From Bugula neritina (lineage: Eukaryota; Animalia; Bryozoa), in NCBI GenBank assembly GCA_964035545.1, contig OZ037765.1:29325504-29389503 (forward strand): a DNA stretch of 64,000 nt. The letters run 5' to 3'. The notes under the pieces were generated by a model that was not told the origin of the DNA, ran no database searches, and saw only the letters and a list, made by a program, of their open reading frames with translations. Positions within the stretch are counted from its first letter, which is position 1. Every line of letters begins with the position of its first letter. The position numbers were made by a program, and so were the translations under genes. Positions 56,901 through 64,000 of the stretch are shown one piece after another.

Positions 56901-59900
56901 CGAGCTGCCAATGTCTATTTGCAGTGTGGAATGCGACGTGGGATGGCGGAAGGATATGATTGATGAACACCAGTGCTGCTGGGTAAGTCTTTAGAGCAAA
57001 CTATCGCTGACTTTCCTTTTCCTGTCAGCGTGGAGGTGAAAGTGTCCCAAGACTTCTTAGTTTTAGAAAACAAAACTTGATCTCTCCGGCTTCCTTTATG
57101 TGTAAAACAAAAGCAGTTAATTCACATGACATATAATTCAAATAATACAATAAACTGACAGCAAGCTGATAAATAATATTAGAAGAAATATAAATTTTAT
57201 TAAATAGTCAGCTATAACACGTAGTTGCAAGATGCTGTTAAATAATCTTGCTCTATTCACAGCTTGTCAGTTTATCTTTATTATGTCAAATGAACGTGCA
57301 GGGTTGCGTTATGCCAAACAGTCATGAGATGTTAAGTTAATAGCTGCCAAGTAAAAAAGTTATTTCTGCCAAAATTGATTTCGTGGCAATCACCCAGACA
57401 GATTTTAAGTAGCTAAAGTTTGAATTTTTTACTTATATGGTAGATACAATACTAAACTTAATGCCTGCTTACCATACAATTGAAAGGAGAAAAAGTAACT
57501 ATATTCTACCAAAATTGCTCCATAGCTTTATATATTAGAGCACATGACATTGAATTTATAAAGTTTTTGCAGATATAAGATGTTTATCCAGCCTCAACTA
57601 ATTTCTTGTTTTGGTATTTCTTGACCGATGCTACATCAAGAAAATAAGACTTTAGTTCATAAAGTCAAGCTAAAATTAGCTAGCACATTATTCTCCCATG
57701 AGACAGGAAATTACAACTTGATTGCACAGATTTAAAAGGCTTATAATTAGTTGCACTGAGCAGATTGTAAACAATAGCTAGACTTAGAGCTAAGAAGTAT
57801 TATTTTAATTAAATAGCAGTTCATTGCTCACAAAATCCTGTTATAAGGTATCTTTCCAAATAGAATTAAACACTTTCAAACATCAATGACATCTAATATT
57901 CTTAATGAGTCATAAGCTTATTATTAGAGGCAATTGAATCATAATTATAAATTTTATCTGGTGACAATTTGAATAGTTGCTATGCTAATGGCTGTTACAG
58001 CCATGAGTTTAGTATTGCATCGCCCCTTAGAGATAGAGGCAGCATGCTGTCACTATATGTAGCCATAGGACTGGAACAGTGAAGATATATATTGTGTTAT
58101 GAATTATTTGCAAGATGTTGTAAAAGTTGAAATGTAAATGAGATACCTTTTTCTGCTAGCTTCTTGCATTCATTGAGAAATAGCTCGAAATTGATAAAAC
58201 AGCCGCAACTGTTTATTCATTAACAGTTTAGCTAAAGGCATTTCATTATCAAATGTTATGTAAGCAAAAGATAAAAGCCTATACTACATAGTATTTTGAA
58301 AAGTCGATAATTGTTCTGCTGCACGTGTGCAGAGCGCATTCTGCATCCAGTAATGCTAAATCAGGTTGCCAATGTTGTAATATTAGTCATCTGTATTACT
58401 CTCAAAAACTCATAGCCTTGGCTCCACATGATCTACTGGTGTTTGTTCTTTATACCAATAGTAATATAGGAGACTTTGAGATAATCTATAAGTTCTCTAA
58501 TTTTTTGATAAACTTAGGTTGGGGAGGGGTTGAAATTCTCGCAAGAAACAACTTTTTTGCTGTATTTCCAATCTAGAACATAGATTTTTCTCAATTTTCG
58601 CATTACTGCACCTACCTCATTTTATTTGTTTTTTTTACAGTTTTTATTCTAATTTTGCAAGCACATGTTGTCAAATGCCAGCTTTTTAAGACTTTGTGAT
58701 TCTTATAGCATGTGCTCTTTCAATCTACGTAACATAACACACTTGCAATCTATTACATTCACTCTAAAGCAGCCTAAAACTCTGATCTCTCAATATAAAC
58801 TACAAGCTTATACTCTGTCTCAATTCACATGCTTAGCGAAGCGTATTTATAAATTTAAGCTAGTTTAAATGTGCTACCACTATCAAAATTATTAATCTTG
58901 TATTGTATGTTTGACTGAATGTTGAAGTTAAACTCGTATTGACTCCTAACTAGAATTTGGTAACATATCTGGCTTACTCAGAGTTTTCTCTGTAATATAT
59001 TATTACATAATTCTATAACATATTAAGAGCAAGATATTTAAAATATAAAAATTCATTGAAAAATATAACTCTTATTACCGCGCCCTTACTTAAATTTTTT
59101 ACCAAAACTAACTTCAAACTATAGAACAACTTATATAAGCTAAATATTCTTTCGTTTTGATAATAACACAGGCTAATCTAACACTTTTCCCAGCAGGTGA
59201 TGAAGCTAGCAGTCTATGCAGACTGATGGAAATATGTTAGTTTTGTACAGATAAGCCTAGCGTTAGACTAAGTTATTGCTAAACTCACAGAAAGTCATTA
59301 GTTAATGTATCAGTATTTGAATTATGTATATACTAAAACGCTTAAGAAAATCTCAATATCCGGCATATTTTTGAAAATATTAAAAAGTACACTAATTTAT
59401 ACACACTAAGCTGGGCATAATATATTTTAAAAATCTTTTGCTACTGAACACTCTTATATAACTAGAAAATCTGCATTAAAATACATACACCAGGAAAGCA
59501 AATGTTATGTAATAGAAGCAAGAAGCAATAAGGGAACTTAAAGGAGCAGCTGTGGTCTAGTGGTTGGCGAACCGGCTGCAAGGTCCTTATAAGTGGTTCT
59601 TATCTGGAAGGGTTAATGGTAATGTCATGAAGAGCATTTGATTATAATTACTCCTGTGTCAGTATATAAAGTCTTTAATGTCTTGGAAAAGAAAATAATA
59701 TTTCTATTCATCATTGCATAATATTCTTTTGCAACAATGATTAAGAATATCATCACTCAAATGACATTTAAAGTGAAATATTTTATTACAAAGACATGCT
59801 GAGCCTAATAGCTGTGGCTGACGCAGAATTTTTACTTGGAGATGTTTGTCATGACATATTTCTAAATGCCACTTGAGGGCACTTGTCATAGCTTGTTGGC

Positions 59901-62900
59901 TGAAGATTGGCATACACACACATCAAATGTCTCTGCATGAAGCCCGAAGTGTAGCAATGTTAACTCCCACTAGTTCTGCTTAAAGGTCTTCCACAGCTTA
60001 GCAGTCGTATTCTCTACTGGAAACCTGGGAACATGTTGATTTTAATCAGCATAAAACTGTATGTTATAGTGACTATAAAACAAAATAATATATTATTCTG
60101 CAGTAAAAATAAAAGAATTAAGCAGTTTTAAGTTTTGTTTAGATTTATTTAGCCCTACATGAAAAATTATTGCTTTTTTAAAATCTTTCCCCTGATGGTA
60201 AGAATGTGTTGGGTGGATTTAAGACTTGTGCATTCTGTGCCACAGGAGCAATTGCTCCTCATGACACTACCATTAACTTTTCAATACAGGAGCCACTGAC
60301 CTTGGCCTGTGCGCCAACCACTAGACCACAGCTGCTCCTTTAAGTTCCCTTGCTTCTTGCTTCTATTACATAACATTTGCTTTCCTGGTGTATGTATTTT
60401 AATGCAGATTTTATAGTTATATAATAGTGTTCAGCAGCAAAAATTTTTAGAATATAAATTATGTCCTGGTATTGCCTACTAGTCAAAGTCAGATTTGGCT
60501 TGTTACAGCGACAAAACTTTATTAAAAGTTTCCAAAATAGTAAGATAACCAGTGGTAGCATGGTAACATAACTCCAGTGTGGAGTGCTACATCAATAATC
60601 CCTTATCAGATTGCCAAATAACTAATATGCTTTTAGGGCACTTCTGTTTGGTATGCAGAAGAACACCAATCACCATAAGTTCTATTCTTATTCCAGAATC
60701 ATCTTAGTAAGTTTCCAATTGCTACTCAGCATTATTGTTACTGAGAAGTCTGCGTTGTGTTTACAGAAGTGTGAAAAGTGTAAGGATCACGAATACATGC
60801 TGGACGAGTTCACTTGTCATAAATGCGAGGAGGGGGAGTGGCCACTTCAGAACATGTCTGGATGCCGTACTCTCGAGCTACAGCATGTAAAGTGGAGCTC
60901 AGCCTATGCTATAGTTCCTTCAGCTTTCAGCATAATTGGTAAGAGTCTTACAAGATTATATAACTTATCATAGAGATGTAATAGTATATTTTAAACTGTT
61001 CATAGGCGTATGGCCTAGTTTTTATAATTTACTAATACTGGCCTCAAACACTGCTTGTATTGGTGGATGCCGCCAGATTATTGCAAGCATCACAACAAAT
61101 ATAGCCTTAATAACAATAAAGGTATTTCATAGAGCTGCATATATTTGTTCCGTGAATTTTACTCAACATAAGAATTACCGTTTTTTTCTAAACTCAGATA
61201 AGGTACTTAATGTTACAAGTTAAAACAAAATTACTGTCAATCTTTCATCCAGTTAGACTCATAGTTTTACAAATACAACTTTTATTATAATCTTGTAAAT
61301 GATATATGACTTTTTTCATTATAATTGTGTGACGTGTACATGAAACTACGCCAAATTTGTAGTAGGTATATAGAACGTATATATAGCAGTATTAATTATA
61401 GTAATTATTTTCTCCTACATAACTGATATACAGTTATTATGAGTTACTTGAGTGGATTATAGTTTGCTGCAATATGAAATTGTTATATAAAGTTTTAATT
61501 AACTTTAATGAACTTGATTGGATAGTCTTTACATGTAAAGTTAGCTCATTACAACTTAACCTTTCAATGTTTCCTGTGAACTTAATTAATGTTTGCAATA
61601 TACTTCTAAGTTCTAATTATATTTTAATTAGTTGTTCAAGTCTGTAATTAATTCCATTTGTTCGTAAACTAATATAGTATTATATAGAGAAATACATAAT
61701 ATATAGTAAAATATTAGAACATTTCTCTTTGCAATTTGTTAGTTTTTAGAAAACTGTTGTGTGTTAAAAATTGAAAGTAAAAGCTTCGAGAAAACATCAG
61801 CATTTAAAAGTTTTAAAACTGTATTTTGAAAATATTGTAGGTTTGATGGCAACAGTGTTTACAGGGTTTGTGTTCATCAACAATGCTGAGACTCCTGTTG
61901 TGAGAGCTGCCGGAAGAGAGCTGAGTTACATGCTGCTAGCAGGATGCTGCCTCTGTTATATTGGAGTGTTTGTGCTTTTAGCCAAACCCACCTTAGTCAA
62001 TTGTGTCGTGCAGAGATTCTTTATTGGCGCTGGCTTTGCGATCATATACTCGGCTCTGCTCACCAAAACCAACAGAATATACAGAATCTTCTCTTCCGCA
62101 TCAAAGACATCTAAACGGCCAGCCTACATTTCCCCGAGGTCGCAGGTAGCTTTTGCATCCCTCCTCTCCGCTGCTCAGATTATCGTTTTCGCCACATGGC
62201 TAGCCGTGGAATCCCCGGGAACGAGAACTGAAGTGCCCAACAGCAGTGACATGTCGTATGTTGTGCTCAAGTGTAAGCTGAAGGAGTCGTCCCTTCTCAT
62301 CTCTTTGACTTACAACATGGCGCTGATTATAGTTTGCACAGTGCACGCAGTGTTCACTAGGAACATTCCATCTGACTATAATGAGAGCAAGTTTATTGGC
62401 TTCACCATGTACACTACATGCATCATCTGGCTGTCTTTCTGCCCTGTCTATTTCGGCATGAAATCATCTTACACTGTAAGTATCGATGACTATAAATATG
62501 TATGTGTGTGTAAGTAAGCATAAGAACTCAAAAGAGGCGAATTATTTATGTTAGCATTACGTAGATAATAGTTGTCTGCCCTATGGGTGGTGTGACTGAT
62601 ATTGAAGATAAAGTTTCAGGTAACTGCAACAGAGTATCAATTGTTATGGCATATCTGGCTTTGCAAAAGGTTCATATAATTTGAAAATAGACTATATTTG
62701 TTTATTGACCATTTGATGTGTGCTAAAACAAATCATTAAGAAGAATCAGCTCATTAAACTTTACATTGTAAACCAACAAGAAGAAATATTTAAACTGTAG
62801 TAATAAAACATAACAAAACAAGCAGTACAAGTTTCAACTGCCGTTGTAGATTCAAGTGACCACCCTCTGTACCGCCATCATACTGAGTGCATCAGTAGCT

Positions 62901-64000
62901 CTGGTCTGCTTATTCGGGCCCAAGGTTTATATTATTTTGTTTAAACCGGAGAAAAACAGAAGAAAGACAACTGTTGATCGGCAGCGGTTCAGCAGCGTCA
63001 TGAAATCACAGTACACCAGATCAGGTGAGTCAGCTACTTCCTGTTTAGTTAGTAAGCAATCTTACCTTATAAGTAACTAATTCAGGACATTGCCCCCCAA
63101 GTTGCATAAGCTATTGTTGATTTGTAAAGGGCTTGATAAATGTTTTATTTTTGCTCATCATTATCAGCTTCAGAAATTTTCAAATCTATAATAATAATGG
63201 ATTTATTTGCTGTAGTTACAAAGCTGGTTATGGTTATATGAAATTTGCACATATATATAATATATGCCACATTGATGGATAGTAAAATTTGTGATTATTT
63301 AAATGGCAAACATAAGCTGTTGAAGATCAGGTGCAATGATTGTAATTTTAGACTCTGTAAACAATGAAACTGCGGCCAATAGAAGCCCACACTCATCCGT
63401 CACTAACTCATCAAACAATGGTAGTGGCACAACTCCAAGGAAAAGCAGCTATTCTAAAGAGATCACCATCCCTGAAGAAGTGAGAATTTTAAATTGGATC
63501 AGAAATAAAGCATATCTCCATTGTTGATATCAATGGATTTGCATGTATCATTCAACCAATTGGAAATAGCTTTACATAAACGAAATATCAACTCATATAT
63601 AAGCTGAAATTGGTTTTAATTAGGGTAGATAAATAGAAGGGGCAGTCATACTGTTTTGACTGATGAAAAAATTCATCATTTGGGCACAACTAGAGAATTT
63701 TCCTAGCAGGATAAGGAGCATCAAGTTTGTGGTAGAAACAAGCACAAAAATGTGCAATAGATTTATATAAAATATGTTTTATTTTCTATATGTTAGTTTT
63801 TTCGCAGATGTTGTTGTCAATATTGTTCTAAACTAATTTTCGTTCTTATTTTATCTAAATGTGTAATATTTCTAACAAGACACATTGTGTTACTGTAGGA
63901 GACACCGATACTAGCAAGCTGTGAGGAAGGAGAACGTCTGCAGAAGCAAGTCTCAAATGGTCGTGAACGAATACTTAGTGTTGAAAGCGCAGTCCAAAAT
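47932..64000 (+). CDS. GRM: Metabotropic glutamate receptor (class C GPCR, group II-like), 3'-partial, 7 coding exons visible, >=947 aa
   Basis: Exons 47932-49294, 56717-56982, 60767-60938, 61841-62475, 62850-63024, 63352-63479 and 63899-window end are in frame. Signal peptide; Venus flytrap (GDIMVGGIFPVH, RGIQRLEAM, IPQISYASTS, FMRTVPPD, GEYGESG, KIQFVYDAVYA); Cys-rich domain (SICSVEC..CCWKCEKC); 7TM (TPVVRAAGRELSY, LLTKTNRIYRIF, YNESKFIGFTMYTTCIIWL, LFGPKVYIILFKPEKN). Confidence 0.95.
50725..51175 (-). repeat. 3' LTR of BEL element (451 bp)
   Basis: Identical to 55685-56135. Confidence 0.95.
51305..51400 (-). other. Predicted ~96-nt rod-like RNA hairpin in the BEL 3' UTR
   Basis: Nested pairings on the minus (transcript) strand: CUGAUCU/GGGUCAG, CCGCGUGU/GUGCGCGG, GCUCGU/ACGGGC, CUGGAGAG/UUUUCCGG, GGUU/AACC, with loop UGCAUUC. 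Folded by eye. Confidence 0.6.
51405..55661 (-). CDS. BEL/Pao Gag-protease-(partial RNase H)-(partial integrase) polyprotein, 1418 aa from the first ATG; no RT
   Basis: Gag PKPFNGTRYYWPEF; knuckles CFIHRSERHCLVEC, CVRCLGAHEPKRC, CPVCDKTTHHVLLC; protease FFDGGSNASF..IDLLIGND; Pao RNase H C-part AKCRIAP..IPQLELNAA..DSETVL..NTADWLTRG; integrase HH-CC and DLFGP, then directly the C-terminal RSVHKL. No YxDD motif and no second or third integrase acidic motif. Confidence 0.88.
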   Translation of the reverse strand: MDRQDIVNLKKQRTTLRSKVTMLTNLIESAISSSNSTQVECLRSQLESTYQEFLTIHYDFLEYVSSDESMEDIAYVNKMSPVEYYQTVKASYDKAISDCNTWHSKFYKIKHSLILAIKKANGLVTDCTDNTLITEHLRKCVALSESLADTIGFSDLLLELDEVILSLDYCMSKFTLMSRAQSQSMNFKHRESDPSVVRSGLAESGMSGGSPPDGASHAPTMVASSRLFPPRSHPSTHEATLAPNPGITASGSDRQVLREDHTSGEAVASNPGVIASTNLKDVRFSTFSVCDLHGSPDRAAHSESLIRGATSSVVNAYDSYPNGTTQMSYDSRHTGGNNFNSSIHKTRSQPKPFNGTRYYWPEFRSVWLRYATMFYDDVDRACELKKFLTGEALEMVQPIFATQPQAYERMMCRLEEVYNDPSMSVQAVSNNLQELKPVKEGDARELVKMANAVESSYSQLGEVGLLQTVTLPQVDTLANLLPTSIRRDWDRHFHMLTHEERIKPFPHLMRFLEQERQIALRRIETVNPQSSSMHKQKVKAFHTESSGPKSSSNRSTNNSKIIDSENYCFIHRSERHCLVECRNFLALSVDERYKLIKTNSLCVRCLGAHEPKRCPNFRTPCPVCDKTTHHVLLCIKSAETNTHTNCNTNKNKVKADQIKHKSNENSEVSAVSTTVRVSPNHGAHNHPGNTTVFAIQQAQVVGTSHTAIVFFDGGSNASFISERAAKAWGARQIDKVNLEMNTLGEHEVSETSTIYEVKLQTPKGRTFAILAYSLRKLTGAINRPLDANILGSLFPKVDTSKLLKKTGPIDLLIGNDLLRLHPKHQVDQAGPHLYVYSGPFGLCVQGSHLVLSNFSTLPSSSFHVQATMMHEKLEEVEFSQSIHNDTLNSCDLDLSTVSSPAYSVNRPDASPSQFAKSFSRPQTIIDCGESHTIATECGMIESADDSDPLQSPGDPDTESAEQIGSGQLNRSLEVNDSTSMSIEIKRKYEFTSSTSITQSTPVPANEGAESKATAKGVNKATAKCRIAPIKQQLKIPQLELNAAVWSKRGRQVIKTEMRYEFEKVYQLRDSETVLKMLQKKSTRFHVYEGVRVGEIQGATNGDMSCWHWVSGKENTADWLTRGKPVNDIGPASEWWRGPNFLYLPEDQWDIKSPSDSNELVFGEKKIVYTVTASTEVQSFIKYENFSSLKSLTWTIARVRNVFKYKSFKGIQPDLVTVTDLRQTKLYLLKQVQRTIDSELNKIKGKYTRLHPIKTESGVWIVGSRLLRHNPMTAIKTHMQSILPTTHYFTYLAMRQAHTDSYHRGRDATLARFREEFWTMQGSKVARGIVTSCQMCRLKQPRFTDQLMGSLPTERLTTGPPFNNVMIDLFGPYIVRGEKQIYGRPNYKVAGKLRDYVGCKDTIITRSVHKLALLTEVNP
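55685..56135 (-). repeat. 5' LTR of BEL element (451 bp)
   Basis: Identical to 50725-51175. Confidence 0.95.
59413..60466. repeat. Long inverted repeat (~260-bp arms, ~530-bp spacer) containing a tRNA-derived SINE-like head, in an mGluR intron
   Basis: Arms ~59413-59680 and ~60215-60466. They share a ~60-nt exact core (AAAATCTGCATTAAAATACATACACCAGGAAAGCAAATGTTATGTAATAGAAGCAAGAAGCAA) and an exact AGGGAACTTAAAGGAGCAGCTGTGGTCTAGTGGTTGGCG containing the Pol III A-box-like TGGTCTAGTGG. Confidence 0.8.

Noticed and set aside
57141-57284. Short imperfect inverted repeat ATAAACTGACA..AAGCTG / CAGCTTGTCAGTTTAT
   Set aside because: Arms too short and degenerate and no TSD; cannot be called a MITE.
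59541-59620. tRNA gene at the A-box-like TGGTCTAGTGG
   Set aside because: No intact B box (GTTCRA) or cloverleaf; treated as a decayed SINE-like head.

Overview
AT-rich, intron-containing animal genomic DNA (invertebrate-like; species not determinable from the sequence). All five host genes are on the + strand. (1) A 5'-partial MRL-family adaptor (RAPH1/lamellipodin/APBB1IP-like; RA+PH+proline-rich), 3072-24705, carries an intact antisense Ty3/gypsy element with identical 120-bp LTRs in an intron. (2) A RAB29 (RAB7L1)/Rab32-38-family GTPase locus has one set of four constant exons (39509-43394) preceded by three phase-compatible alternative first coding exons (29776, 37382, 38757). Each encodes a different P-loop and switch I, and the distal one lacks the P-loop lysine. 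(3) An unknown 288-aa coiled-coil gene and (4) a cation-dependent mannose-6-phosphate-receptor/ATG27-like gene lie between the first and second Rab variable exons. (5) A 3'-partial metabotropic glutamate receptor gene (47932 to the window end) carries an antisense BEL/Pao element with identical 451-bp LTRs and a TSD. Its single open polyprotein lacks RT and the integrase catalytic core and is followed by a long GC-rich RNA hairpin. Also present are a TTAA-flanked non-autonomous DNA transposon, palindromic MITE-like elements, a long intronic inverted repeat with a SINE-like head, and a ~475-bp (CT)n/(CCCT)n tract. All exon structures were inferred by eye from GT-AG signals, reading-frame continuity and protein motifs; no transcript data were available.
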